Positions 34,753 to 45,601 are shown, counted from the first letter of the stretch. The stretch: DNA of 64,000 bases from an uncultured Gemmatimonadales bacterium (GCA_963798915.1 CAWCVB010000002.1:224001-288000), one strand, 5' to 3'. Notes: generated by a model not told the origin, from the sequence alone. Made by a program: numbers and translations.

Positions 34753-37392
34753 CGCAGACTGTCCACGGTGTAGAGCAGCGATGTGTAGACCAGCTGGTCG
34801 TACGCGTACACCTGCGGATCGTCGGCCAGGGTCGGCCAGAACATGCCGCGCACCCCGCCGAGATCGCGGGAGGCGGCAGTGAACAGCGGGCCACGCTCAC
34901 CGGTCAGGGGGTCGATGCGGTCGAATTGCGGGGGCGCGACCGACCCGGAATTGGCCCATACCCAGACCTCCCGTCCATCCGGGCTCCAGCGCACCAGATA
35001 GTCTCCGGGACGGACGCCGAGCGCCCGGCGTGGCGCCCCTCCCCCCAGCGGATAGAGCGCCACACTGTCGCCGACCTGGGCCAGCACACTGCGGCCGTCC
35101 GGCGAGACGATCCCCTGCGACGTTCCGAGCGGCGTGACCGGGGTGAGGATTCCCCGCGGCAGCGAGTCCACGTAACAACGCCCGGCCTGCCCCGACTCCG
35201 TGCCGCAGAAGAACGCGATGGTGTCGCTCCCGGCGAGGCGAACGTCACCGGCGGACGCGTCGAATGCCTGCAACTGTCCGGCATCGATGCGCCGCGCCGT
35301 GCCCGGCCCCGTCGGGTAGAGCATGAGCCTGGGGGGCGTCGTGATCACCCCGGCCAGAACGAGCCCGCCGTCCGGGGACACCGCCAGCGGCGTTCCCTCG
35401 CCGAGGCGGCCCGGCGGCGAGCCGTTCGTGCCCCGGCGCAGCACCGAATAGTGGGAACCTCCCATGCCGCTCATGTCGCTGAACATGAGATACCGTCCGT
35501 CCCGGCTGAGGACCGGCCGGGCCGAAAGGTTACGCAGCCCGAGGTTCGTCTCCTCGGTGGCGCCCGGCCCCCGCCCGACGACGCGGTACATTTGCCGGTC
35601 ATCGGTAAGCAGCACCCGGCCCTGCGGGGAGACGTCCTGTACCGTCAGGCCGCCGGTGCCGGAGAGGGCCCAGCGGTCCTGCCCCGACCGGGCGAGCTCA
35701 CGCAGCGCGTAGCCGGCAACGCCGGCACTTGCGTCGCCCGCGGCCGAGTAGAGGATGGTCTTCCCGTCCGGCCGCCACGCGATCCCTTCGATGCTGGGGT
35801 AGTCTCCCGACCGTACCAGCTGTTGCCCCGCACGGTCGGCGATGACGGCATACCCGCGGTCGTCGAACCTGGCGGGGTGCTGGAGATACGCGATCGCGTC
35901 TCCCGAGGGCGAGATCCTGGGGTCGGACAGATAGCCCTGGGACCGGACCAGGACCGTCCCCACCGGGTACTCCAGCAGGTCGGTGCCGCTGCTGTCCCGA
36001 ATCACCGCCATGCTCTTCCCGTCCGGGCCCCAGTCGGCCTCGCGCACGCCGGTCGTCACCTCGTGGGGCGCCTCGCCCCCAAGCGACAGGGTCGCCAGCG
36101 TGCCGGTAAAGAGCCGGTGCCGTCCGACGTAGCGTGCATGCGTGAGGACGGCGAGCTCACCGGCCTGTGAGACGTTCAGCAGGTGTGTCGAATCCGGTCC
36201 GAACGGGGCGGGGTCCGGATGATCGGGCCGGATGACGTACAGGTGCGACTCCGTTCCAACGTCGGGCGTGCCGCTGAACACCATCGTCTTCCCATCGGGC
36301 ATGAAGCGCGCATTGAAGATCGTACGCGCATCGAACGTCTGGGCCGTGAACCACGGCGCCGAGGCCGGTGCCCCATGGCGGGGCAGGGCGACGGCCAGCA
36401 GTACCGCTCCCGCGGCCACCGCGACCGTGCCCCACCACCAGGGACTGCGCAGCAAGGGCCGGAAGCCCGGCGCGGTGGGCGACAACGCGCCACCCGCGCC
36501 CGGGCGCGCGGGCCTGAAGTGGGGATCCGCCAGCGCCGCGGCGAACTCCTTCGCCGTTGCAAACCGGTCGGCCGGCACCTTCTCCAGCGCGTGGTTCACC
36601 GCCGCCGCCACATTGGGCGGAACCGACCGGCGCGCCTTGGTCACCGGGGCGGGGTCCCCGGTCACGATCTTCATGATGATCTGCTGCACCGTGGCCCCAG
36701 TGTGTGGCGGGTCCCCGGTCAGCATCTCGTACAGCACCGCGCCGAGCGAGTAGATGTCCGAGCGGCTGGTGAGCTCTTTCTCGGCCGTCGCCTGTTCGGG
36801 CGACATGTAGTGCGGTGTGCCCAGGGACAGGCCCGTCTCGGTCATCCGGCCGCCCGCCGCGGCACTCACCGCCAGGGCGATCCCGAAATCCGCCACCATC
36901 GGCCGGCCGTCGTGCAGCAGGATGTTCTCGGGTTTGATGTCGCGGTGAATCACCCCGTGCCGGTGGGCATAATCCAGCGCATCCGCCACCTCCGTGGTGA
37001 TCCGGACTGCTTCGTCCACACTGAGCTGGGTCTCCCGGTTGAGCTTGTCCCGCAGGGTCTCGCCCTCGACGTAGGGCATGACGTAGTACAGGAGGTCTAC
37101 GGTCGACTGTCGACCGTCGACCGTCGACCGTTGACTGTCGACCCTGGCTATTCCCGAATCAAACAGCGGGAGAATGTGCGGATGCGAGAGTGCCGCGGTG
37201 GTCTTGATCTCGACCACGAAGCGCTCGGCCCCGATTACGGCGGCGAGCTCGGGCTTGAGGACCTTGATGCGCGACCTTGCGATCGTGCTTGAGGTCCTCG
37301 GCAAGATAGACCGTGGCCATGCCGCCCTGCCCGAGCTCACGCTCGATGCGGTAGCGGTCCGCGAGCGATGCGCGGAGCAACTCGAGGCTCAT
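34749..37392 (-). pseudogene. K14: Ser/Thr kinase + TM + beta-propeller, one-base insertion at 37268/37269 (probably artefact)
   Basis: Start MSLELLRASLADRY at 37392 (ATGA overlap). The coding strand reads GTC GCG CATC AAG where GCG ATC AAG or GCG CTC AAG is expected. The remainder is in ORF 34749..37340. Confidence 0.85.
37095..37143. repeat. Heptamer tandem repeat (GTCGACY-like x7) in K14 kinase loop
   Basis: GTCTACG GTCGACT GTCGACC GTCGACC GTCGACC GTTGACT GTCGACC; encodes RVDSQRSTVDGRQSTVD. Confidence 0.9.
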
Positions 37393-40052
37393 TGGCGGAG
37401 CTCCGGATAGTCGGCCAGCCAGTTGTCGATCCGGATCACCTGCGGGATGCCGCCGGTCCCGACCATCACGAAACGCTGTCCGTCGGCATCCACGTCGTAG
37501 TTCTTGTGGAACGCGGTGCTGATGTAGTACGGTGTGGTCTGGAACAGCGGCACCGGAGCCCCGACCTCGAGGGTTGGGGTGGTCCGGATGCGCACCGACA
37601 TCAGCATCTCCTCCGGCCCCACGAAGAAGAGTTCGCCACTCCGACGCGACCAGCGCGGCTGCCGTCCGCCTCGTGCCGAGACCTGAATCCGGCGGTCCTC
37701 GACATTGGGGAACGGCCGGATGTACACCTCGAAGATTCCCGACTCGCTCGAGGCATAGGCCAACCACTTCCCATCCGGCGAGAACTCCGGCGTGACATCG
37801 GATGAGGGAGAGGTGACGACCGGGATTGCCGGCTCGTCACTGCCCATCAGCTTGGCGTAGATGTCCGACCCGTTCTCCGCCTCCACCGAGGTTCGGAAGA
37901 CCATCCATCGGCCATCGGGCGACCAGATCGCATCGGCGACCCCCCGGGGCTCATCCACCGTCGGGGTCGGATCACCGACTCCGTCGTCGCGCACCTGCAG
38001 CACCGAGTCCTTGCCGCCACTGCGGTAGAACAGCAGCGAGCGCCCGTTCGGGTGCCATGCCGGCCTGAGGTTGTTCCGTCCACCGATCGGGCGGACCACC
38101 TGCGTGGCGGGCCCCTCGTCCAACTGCTTTACCTCGAGCGCATGCCCCACCGACATGGCGAGCCGGCGACCGTCGGGAGAAAGGGCCGGGGACTCGGCAA
38201 CGGGCGTCCGCCAGGCGGGGTCGATTTGCCGGGCAACACCGCTCCGATCGACCCAGTAGGCCCTCCGCGCGGCGCCGCCGTCGCGCCAGTAAAGCATCGA
38301 GCCGCTCGCCGAGAAGGCGGCATCGGCAATGGTGACGCCATTGTTCCGCAAGTCGGAGGCGAGCAACACCGGATTGCCGCGGAGCTCGAGCCGCTCGAGA
38401 TCGAAGGCCACCCCGTACACCTGTCGGCCGTCGGTTGAGAAGATGAATGCGCCGGTGGGGAGGATGGCGACGGGGATGCCCTCAGTCAGGTGTCGCGGCT
38501 CGGAGCTCCCCGCGGGGAGTGCGAGCAACTCGAGCGGGCCGGAGCCCCGCTGCCGGGTGAACACCACCCCTCGACCGCCCGGTACAGCCACTGGCCACCG
38601 GTCGGCGGTGGCCCGGCTGGCCTCGGGGCTCGTCAGGGTGTCGATGCGCCCGCCTGCACCCGGTATCCGGAAAATGCCCCCCAGCCTGGAGTAGTAGATG
38701 TAGCCATCATCACCCCAGGAGGCGCCGATGAACACCGAGTCGGCCACCAGTGTGCGGGGTGTCCCGCCCGAGAGTGGAATGGTCTGGAGCGCACCCTGGG
38801 AGAACACCGATCGCACGTAGGTCAGCTGGGAGCCGTCCGGCGAGAACTCGGGCCACCGGGCATCGGTTGTGCCCGGAATCTCGACGGGGTCGAGCTGGTT
38901 GAGCCGCTTGAGCAGCAGGTGGGTCGTCGATCCGCTGCCCGCTGCACCGGCAGTGGGGAACACGACATCGCGGCCATCAGGGGAGATGGCGAAGGTGCGT
39001 CCGACGATCGAGGCCGGTGCGAGGGAGTCCGGGAAGCTCAGGTACTCCTTGTGACTCTCGTCGGTTGTCGATGACGCAACACCGCCAGCGATCACCCCCC
39101 AGCCCGCGAGGACCGTCACCGCCGCCAGTGCCGCGATGCTGCGCCAATCGCGGAGCCAGCGCCCCGTGGTGGCTGGCCGGTCCCGCACGATCCCGCTGGT
39201 GCGGCGCGTCCCCGTGCCGTTCCCCGAGAGTGCCTCGGCGAACTCCCTGGCCGAGGCGAAGCGATCGGCCGGCAGGCGCTGGATCGCGGTGTGCACCGCA
39301 TCCTCGACTCCCGGCGGCACCGTCTTCCGGTAGGTGGTGACCGGCTCGGGCGTCGCGGTCATCACCTTGGCGATGATTGACTGCGCCGTGGGACCCGAGA
39401 ACGGCGGCTCGCCGGCGAGCATCTCGTAGAGCACGCAGCCGAGGGCATAGATGTCGGTGCGGGCGTCGAGGTCCCGCTCGCCCATGGCTTGCTCGGGGCT
39501 CATGTAGTGCGGCGTGCCGAGCGACATCCCTGTTTCGGTCATGCGGGTGCCGCCATCGGAACGGCTCACGGCGAGCGCGATGCCAAAGTCCGCCACCAGC
39601 GCCTGCCCGTCATGCAGCAGGATGTTCTCGGGCTTGATGTCGCGGTGGATCACCCCGTGTCGGTGGGCGTAGTCCAGGGCGCTCGCCACTTCGCTCGCGA
39701 TGCGGACGGCCTCGGGAATGGGGAGTTGCTTCTCGCGGGTCAGCCGGTCACGCAGCGATTCGCCTTCCACGAACGGCATCACGTAGTAGGCGGTCCCGTC
39801 GAGATCACCCGAGTCGATGAGCCCCAGGATGTGCGGGTGCTGCAGGTTGGCGATGGTCTTGATCTCGCGCAGGAATCGCTCGGCGCCGATCACGGCCGAG
39901 AGCTCGGGGCGCAGCACCTTGATGGCGACATCTCGCTCGTGCCTGAGGTCACGAGCGAGATAGACCGTGGCCATGCCGCCAGCGCCCAGTTCGCGCACGA
40001 TGGTGTAGCGGTCGTTCAGTGCGGCGGCGAGGCGCTCAGGCATCGTGCTCAC
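37389..40052 (-). CDS. K15: Ser/Thr kinase + TM + PD40/TolB-like beta-propeller (887 aa; alternative ATG 40043)
   Basis: Complete kinase motifs; TM IAALAAVTVLAGWGVIAGGV; SPDG repeats; GTGA overlap with K16 stop. Confidence 0.93.
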   Translation of the reverse strand: MSTMPERLAAALNDRYTIVRELGAGGMATVYLARDLRHERDVAIKVLRPELSAVIGAERFLREIKTIANLQHPHILGLIDSGDLDGTAYYVMPFVEGESLRDRLTREKQLPIPEAVRIASEVASALDYAHRHGVIHRDIKPENILLHDGQALVADFGIALAVSRSDGGTRMTETGMSLGTPHYMSPEQAMGERDLDARTDIYALGCVLYEMLAGEPPFSGPTAQSIIAKVMTATPEPVTTYRKTVPPGVEDAVHTAIQRLPADRFASAREFAEALSGNGTGTRRTSGIVRDRPATTGRWLRDWRSIAALAAVTVLAGWGVIAGGVASSTTDESHKEYLSFPDSLAPASIVGRTFAISPDGRDVVFPTAGAAGSGSTTHLLLKRLNQLDPVEIPGTTDARWPEFSPDGSQLTYVRSVFSQGALQTIPLSGGTPRTLVADSVFIGASWGDDGYIYYSRLGGIFRIPGAGGRIDTLTSPEASRATADRWPVAVPGGRGVVFTRQRGSGPLELLALPAGSSEPRHLTEGIPVAILPTGAFIFSTDGRQVYGVAFDLERLELRGNPVLLASDLRNNGVTIADAAFSASGSMLYWRDGGAARRAYWVDRSGVARQIDPAWRTPVAESPALSPDGRRLAMSVGHALEVKQLDEGPATQVVRPIGGRNNLRPAWHPNGRSLLFYRSGGKDSVLQVRDDGVGDPTPTVDEPRGVADAIWSPDGRWMVFRTSVEAENGSDIYAKLMGSDEPAIPVVTSPSSDVTPEFSPDGKWLAYASSESGIFEVYIRPFPNVEDRRIQVSARGGRQPRWSRRSGELFFVGPEEMLMSVRIRTTPTLEVGAPVPLFQTTPYYISTAFHKNYDVDADGQRFVMVGTGGIPQVIRIDNWLADYPELRQ

Positions 40053-42670
40053 CGGATACCGTCCACGGTGAACAGCCGAGACATGTAAGGGTACTCGTCG
40101 AACACATAGCTGTGCGGGTCGTCGGCCAGGCTGAGGAAGGCAACGGCCCGCACGTCGGTCAGGTCGCGCGGGATAATGTCCACGAGCGACTTGCGAGCGC
40201 CGGTGACGGGATTGACCCGATCAACGTGCAGCGGCGAGATCGCGTAGGGATTGGCCCAGACCCAGACCTCGTTCCCATCCGGGTTCCACCGGATCGGAAA
40301 ATCCTCGGCGCGGAAACCGAGAGCAGGCTCTGACGGGCCGCCGTCAGTCAGGTAGATCCTGAAGCTGTCCGCGATGGCCAGCACCCGGCTCCCGTCGGGT
40401 GACAGCCACCCGCGAGTCGTCCCCGGAGGGGTGACCGGAGTGATGGTGCCGGCGGGGAGGGTCTTGATGTAGCAGCGTGATGCCTGGTCTCGCTCCGCAG
40501 CGCAGAAGAAGACCGTGGAGTCTCGCGCAGTGACCGTGATGTAACCGGCATACGCGAGTGACTGGAACTGACCCGAGTCGAGCCGCTGTGCGCTGCCGGG
40601 GCCCGTCGGGTAGAGCATGAGCTTGGGCGGAGTGGAGAACACCAGTGCCAGGACGAGGCCGTTGTCGGCGGAAACGGCGGCCGGCTCACCTTCACCAAGC
40701 GGGATGGGAGGTGAGCCGTCGGTTCCGCGCCACAGCACCGTGTAATTGGGGCCGCCGAACGCGCCCTCGTCCGCAAACGCCAGGTACCGGCCGTCCCGGC
40801 TCATGTTCCCCACGGTGGACAGGTCACGGACACCCAAGGTCGTCTCTTCCGAGTCCCCCCGTCCTCGGCCAACCAGCACAAACGGCGTCTTGTCCTCGCT
40901 CACCAGCAGGCGGCCCGTCGGCGAGACATCCTGCACGATCAGGTTGCCGGCGCCGGACAGCACCAGCCGGTCTCGCCCGGAGCGGCTCAATGCACGGACC
41001 TGGTATTGGCTTCCTTGGCCGGTACCGGCGCCGGAATAGAAGATGCCGCTGCCGTCGGGCTGCCAGGCGATGCCCTCGAGGCCCCAGTGTTCGGGGGATT
41101 GCGCCACGGTACGGCCTGCGCGGTCGACGATGACAGCGGTTCCACGGTCGTCATACCTGCCCGGGTGATAGAAGTACGCCACCGCATCGCCCGACGGCGA
41201 CACGGCCGGGTCCGAGAGGTACCCGACCGACCGGGCGAGCACCGTATGCACGGGATACTCGAGCAGGTCGGTGCCGAGGCTGTCCCGGACAACTGCCATG
41301 CTCGTGTCATCGGGCGCCCAGTCGGCTTCCCGCACACCGGCCGCCAGCTCGCGCGGCGCCTCGCCTCCCAGTGACATGGTCGCAAGCGTGCCGAGGAACA
41401 GCCGGTGGGCGAGGTATTTCGCGTGGGTGAGTATCGCCAGCTTTCCACTCCTCGACACGCTCAGCAGGTGCGTCGAGTCCGGCCCGACCGCGACGGGATC
41501 GGGATGATCGGAACGGATCACGAGGAGCCGAGGGGTCTGGCCCACCGCCGGCATGGCGTCGTACACCATCGTCTGGCCATCGGGGGCAAACCGCGCATTG
41601 AAGATCGATTGTGACTCGAACGTCCACGGCGTGAAGCTCGGCACCGGCACTGACGTTCTCGAGTGGTTTGCGATCACGGCCAGCGTAACGGCCGCCACCA
41701 CAATGGCGGCGGCGGCCCACGACCAGGGGCTCCGAACCCAGCTCCGGAAGGTGCGGAGACTGGCACCTGCGGCGCTCAGTCCGGCCGCGGATTCGGTTGT
41801 GCTGAAGTGGAGATCGACCAGCGCCTCGGCGAAGGCCCTGGCGGAGTCGAAGCGATCGGCGGGCAGTTTCTCCAGCGCCTTGTCGAGGGCGGCCGCCACG
41901 TTGGGCGGCACATGCTTCCGCAGCGTCGTGACCGGTGCGGCGTCCTCCGCCACGATCTTCATGATGATCTGCTGCGCCGATGCGCCGGTATGGGGCGGAT
42001 TGCCGGTCAGCATCTCGAAGAGAACGGAGGCCAGCGAGTAGACGTCGCTCCGGGGACCGATCTCCTTGTCCGCGGTGGCCTGCTCGGGGCTCATGTAGTG
42101 GGGCGTGCCGAGACTCAGCCCGGTCTCGGTCATTCGCCCGCCAGCGGCGGCACTCACGGCCAGGGCGATCCCGAAGTCCGCCACCATCGCATGGCCGCCA
42201 TGCAACAGGATGTTCTCCGGCTTGACGTCGCGGTGGACGATCCCGTGCTCGTGGGCGTACTGGAGTGCGTCGAGCACTTCGCGCGCGATTCGCACGGCCT
42301 CATCGATTCCGAGTTGCGTCTCGCGATCGAGCCTGCTGCGGAGGGTCTCGCCGTCGATGAACGGCATGACATAGTAGAGCACGGTCGTCGGTCGACGGTC
42401 GTCGGTCGACGAGTCCATCGTGGCCGTTCCGGAATCGAAGAGAGGCAGAATATTGGGATGCTGGAGTGCTGCGGTGGTCTTGATCTCGACCACGAAGCGC
42501 TCGGCGCCGAGCACCGCGGCGAGCTCGGGCTTCAGCACCTTGATGGCGACCTCGCGGTCGTGCTTGAGGTCGTGGGCCAAGTAGACCGTGGCCATCCCGC
42601 CGGCCCCGAGCTCGCGCTCGAGGCGATAACGGTCCGACAGCGCGGCGGCGAGCCGGCTGAACCCGCTCAT
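40049..42670 (-). CDS. K16: Ser/Thr kinase + TM + beta-propeller (873 aa), ectodomain paralogous to K14
   Basis: HRDVKPEN, DFG; TM WAAAAIVVAAVTLAVIA; IFNARFAPDG...GPDSTHLL...GVREADW shared with K14. Confidence 0.93.
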   Translation of the reverse strand: MSGFSRLAAALSDRYRLERELGAGGMATVYLAHDLKHDREVAIKVLKPELAAVLGAERFVVEIKTTAALQHPNILPLFDSGTATMDSSTDDRRPTTVLYYVMPFIDGETLRSRLDRETQLGIDEAVRIAREVLDALQYAHEHGIVHRDVKPENILLHGGHAMVADFGIALAVSAAAGGRMTETGLSLGTPHYMSPEQATADKEIGPRSDVYSLASVLFEMLTGNPPHTGASAQQIIMKIVAEDAAPVTTLRKHVPPNVAAALDKALEKLPADRFDSARAFAEALVDLHFSTTESAAGLSAAGASLRTFRSWVRSPWSWAAAAIVVAAVTLAVIANHSRTSVPVPSFTPWTFESQSIFNARFAPDGQTMVYDAMPAVGQTPRLLVIRSDHPDPVAVGPDSTHLLSVSRSGKLAILTHAKYLAHRLFLGTLATMSLGGEAPRELAAGVREADWAPDDTSMAVVRDSLGTDLLEYPVHTVLARSVGYLSDPAVSPSGDAVAYFYHPGRYDDRGTAVIVDRAGRTVAQSPEHWGLEGIAWQPDGSGIFYSGAGTGQGSQYQVRALSRSGRDRLVLSGAGNLIVQDVSPTGRLLVSEDKTPFVLVGRGRGDSEETTLGVRDLSTVGNMSRDGRYLAFADEGAFGGPNYTVLWRGTDGSPPIPLGEGEPAAVSADNGLVLALVFSTPPKLMLYPTGPGSAQRLDSGQFQSLAYAGYITVTARDSTVFFCAAERDQASRCYIKTLPAGTITPVTPPGTTRGWLSPDGSRVLAIADSFRIYLTDGGPSEPALGFRAEDFPIRWNPDGNEVWVWANPYAISPLHVDRVNPVTGARKSLVDIIPRDLTDVRAVAFLSLADDPHSYVFDEYPYMSRLFTVDGIR
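42384..42411. repeat. Heptamer tandem repeat (GTCGWCG)x4 in K16 kinase loop
   Basis: GTCGTCG GTCGACG GTCGTCG GTCGACG; encodes STDDRRPTT. Confidence 0.8.
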
Positions 42671-45315
42671 TCCTTCACCGTCGCCGCCAGAGCGGCGAAC
42701 CAGTGCTCCACCAGGACCACGCTCTGCCCGGCCAGTCCCGTTCTCCCCTTCTGCTGCTGAAACAGGAACGTGCGTTCCCCCGGCTCGACGACATACGCCT
42801 GGTGGAACGGATCGATCGTGAACCCGCCGGTTCCGAAGAGCGGGTGCACGCCGGCAACCTCAAGCGTCGGCCTGGCCTGGATCTGCGCCACCATGAGCCG
42901 GCTGCCGGTGGGGTCGACATAGAACAGCTCCGTTCCGTCGGACGACCATTCGGGCTGGTACCCGCCCCCGTTCGACACCTGCCAGCGGCCATCACCGGTA
43001 TTGGGAAAGGGACGGATGTACACCTCGTTCCTTCCTGATTCATTGGAGGCGTACGCCAGCCATTTCGAATCGGGCGACAGTGCGGGATTGAGTTCGGTGA
43101 ACGGGGTCGCCACCAGCGGGGCGGGCGTGGAGTCGCCGCCCAGGCGAACCCCGACCAGGTCTCCCGCGCCCGCGCTGCCGTTGTCGGTCCGCAGCAGCAG
43201 CCAGCGGCCATCGGCAGACCACTCCGCCTCCTGCACGGGGCGGTCGAGTTTGGCCAGGAGCCGGTCGGTGCCGGTGCCGTCGGCGGCACGGGCGTAGACA
43301 TTTCCGCCGTTGCCGCTGTCGCGGATGAAGGCGATGGCGCGGCCGTCGGGCGACCAGGTTGGGCGCCGGTCCTGCGCGCCGAAGGTGAGCCGCGTCAAGG
43401 GGCCGCGGTCGAGCTGCTTGACCCAGATGCTCAGCGCGCCGCTGCCGGGACCTGCACCCATCGCGAGCCGCCGCCCGTCCGGCGAGAGGGCCATCGAGTT
43501 GATTGCGGCGCTCCAGCCGGAATCGACCGGCGTCGCAATTCCCTCACGATTCACCCGCATCAGCTGCATCTCGGTACTGCCGGTGCCGCGGCGGTACATC
43601 ATGGCTCCCGCCGGAGACCAGGCCAGCATCGGTACCGGTCCCATGATCAGGACGTTTTGCAGCACCCGTACAGCCGTTCCGGTGACCTCGAGCTTGCCGA
43701 GGTCGAACGGTGCGGCGAGCGCGACGCCGTCGCGGCGAACGTACAGCAGCCGGCCGTCGGGCAGGTACCAGCCGCCAAAGGCGCCGTCCACCACAAGCTT
43801 CTGCCGGCCGGTTCGGAAATCGAGAGCATGCACGCTGGTGGTGAGGCACCCCGAGCTGCAAGCGCCGAAGAGCACGCCGCGCGCGCGGGGGAGGGGCTCG
43901 ATGTTGTACAGCCCGTATCCGGCCAGGGCGGAGTCGGCCATCACCAGCGACGACGCGCCGCCGTCGGCGCTGACTCGGCGCAGTTCGTTGCCGCTTCCAC
44001 CGGTGTAGACCAGCGTCCCGTCACTCAGCCAGGCGACCTTGAACTGCTGCGATGGCGCCGAATCGGCAACGGTGATCGGCGTGCCACCGGTGAGCCGAAT
44101 CTTCCTGAGCTGTCCGTCGGCCAGGAACGCGAGCCATTTCCCATCGGGCGAGAATGTCACGCCGTTCCCGCGCTGGGTCCCCGGGACCGAGACCGGATCG
44201 AGCTCGTCCTGGGACTTGATCCAGATCAGACCGTCCTGCCGGTCGTCCTTGAACGCCATGAGGCGGCCGTCGGGCGAGAAGGCCATCGATAGGATCGTGC
44301 TGCCGAGCCCCAGCGAATCGCCCAGGGTGATGTAGTTCCAGGCCGGTGCGGCCGGTTGCGGGCGGCCGAGCCAGCCCCACGCCGCCACCACGGCGGCCAG
44401 CACAACGACGGCCCACGGTGCGGCCGAGATCCAGCGTGAGCGCGCCGAACGCGGCCGCGCCGCGCCGGTCGCCCAGGCGTCCGGCTCCGCCCCCCGGCCG
44501 TTCAGCGCATCGGCGAACTCCGCCGCGCTGGCGAACCGGTCGGCCGGCAACTTCTCCAGCGCTTTATTGGTGGCCCACTCGACGCGGGGCGGGACCGACT
44601 TCCGCTGCAACGTGAGCGAGCGGGGCTCCTCGGTCATGACCCGGGCGACGATGGCCTGCGCGGTGGGGCCGGTGAACGGGGGCTCGCCCACCAGCATTTC
44701 ATAGGTGACCGCACCGAGCGCGTAGACGTCCGAGCGGGGGCCGATCTCACGTTCGCCCATCGCCTGCTCGGGCGACATGTACGTCGGCGTGCCGAGCGAC
44801 ATCCCCGTCTCGGTCATGCGGGTGCCACCGCCGGCACTGCTCACGGCCAGCGCGATTCCGAAATCGGCCACCAGCGCGTTGCCGTCGTGCAGGAGGATAT
44901 TTTCCGGCTTGATGTCGCGGTGGATGACGCCGTGGCGGTGCGCGTAGTCGAGGGCGGCGGCCACCTCGGTGGCAATTCGCACGGCCTCGGCGACCGCGAG
45001 CTGCTTTTCGCGGGTGAGCCGGTCGCGGAGACTTTCCCCTTCGACGTAGGGCATGACGTAGTACGCCGTTCCGTCCACCTCGCCCGAATCGATCAAGCCG
45101 AGAATGTGGGGGTGCTGCAGGGCGGCGATGGTCTGAATTTCCCGCACGAAGCGATCGGCCCCGATCACCGCCGCGAGTTCCGGCCGCAGCACCTTGATGG
45201 CCACCTGCCGCCGATGCCTCAGATCCTCTGCCAGATATACCGTGGCCATCCCGCCGGCCCCGAGTTCGCGCTCGACGCCATAACGGTCCGACAGCGCGGC
45301 GGCGAGCCGTGCCAA
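42667..45315 (-). CDS. K17: Ser/Thr kinase + TM + PD40/TolB-like beta-propeller (882 aa; start TTG 45315 or CTG 45327)
   Basis: Complete kinase motifs; TM APWAVVVLAAVVAAWGWL; ectodomain similar to K2 (RTDNG..GAGD, DP.HQ.Y). First gene of the main array block. Confidence 0.9.
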   Translation of the reverse strand: MARLAAALSDRYGVERELGAGGMATVYLAEDLRHRRQVAIKVLRPELAAVIGADRFVREIQTIAALQHPHILGLIDSGEVDGTAYYVMPYVEGESLRDRLTREKQLAVAEAVRIATEVAAALDYAHRHGVIHRDIKPENILLHDGNALVADFGIALAVSSAGGGTRMTETGMSLGTPTYMSPEQAMGEREIGPRSDVYALGAVTYEMLVGEPPFTGPTAQAIVARVMTEEPRSLTLQRKSVPPRVEWATNKALEKLPADRFASAAEFADALNGRGAEPDAWATGAARPRSARSRWISAAPWAVVVLAAVVAAWGWLGRPQPAAPAWNYITLGDSLGLGSTILSMAFSPDGRLMAFKDDRQDGLIWIKSQDELDPVSVPGTQRGNGVTFSPDGKWLAFLADGQLRKIRLTGGTPITVADSAPSQQFKVAWLSDGTLVYTGGSGNELRRVSADGGASSLVMADSALAGYGLYNIEPLPRARGVLFGACSSGCLTTSVHALDFRTGRQKLVVDGAFGGWYLPDGRLLYVRRDGVALAAPFDLGKLEVTGTAVRVLQNVLIMGPVPMLAWSPAGAMMYRRGTGSTEMQLMRVNREGIATPVDSGWSAAINSMALSPDGRRLAMGAGPGSGALSIWVKQLDRGPLTRLTFGAQDRRPTWSPDGRAIAFIRDSGNGGNVYARAADGTGTDRLLAKLDRPVQEAEWSADGRWLLLRTDNGSAGAGDLVGVRLGGDSTPAPLVATPFTELNPALSPDSKWLAYASNESGRNEVYIRPFPNTGDGRWQVSNGGGYQPEWSSDGTELFYVDPTGSRLMVAQIQARPTLEVAGVHPLFGTGGFTIDPFHQAYVVEPGERTFLFQQQKGRTGLAGQSVVLVEHWFAALAATVKE

Positions 45316-45601
45316 GGGGTCCCTCAGGTGTACTCCTGATCGGTGATCTGGAACAATACGTCCGTCTGGCCGGAGCGGCTACCACTCCTGGCCCACAGCG
45401 CCCTTCCGTCCCTCGAACCTGGCGAGTGAGCATTCGGCGGTGTTTCCGGACGCTGGCCATCCTCGACGGGTGTCAAAGGCTTATTATTGAGACTGATGGA
45501 AGACACCATCAGACAGCCGCTTCGAATTTCCATTCGTCACCATCCCCGCCCGCCCGGTCCCGGGGAAGTGCGTCGCTGACTCCTGTTCCAAGGCGGTAGG
45601 C

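Noticed and set aside
32558..34900. 780-aa and 702-aa same-strand alternate-frame ORFs (32558..34900, 22068..24176)
   Set aside because: Arg/Pro-rich off-frame readings of K13 and K9 caused by stop-codon scarcity in high-GC DNA.
37095..37143. Short repeats as a CRISPR array
   Set aside because: Units are 7-8 bp without unique spacers, most lie within coding sequence, and no cas genes are present.
45471..45476. Perfect TTGACA on the minus strand upstream of K17 as a sigma70 promoter
   Set aside because: No credible -10 hexamer 16-18 nt downstream (GCGTCC region).
45324..45533. 69-aa ORF upstream of K17 as a protein-coding gene
   Set aside because: No recognisable motif, atypical codon usage, and it spans the probable promoter region. 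Only its stop position is noted.
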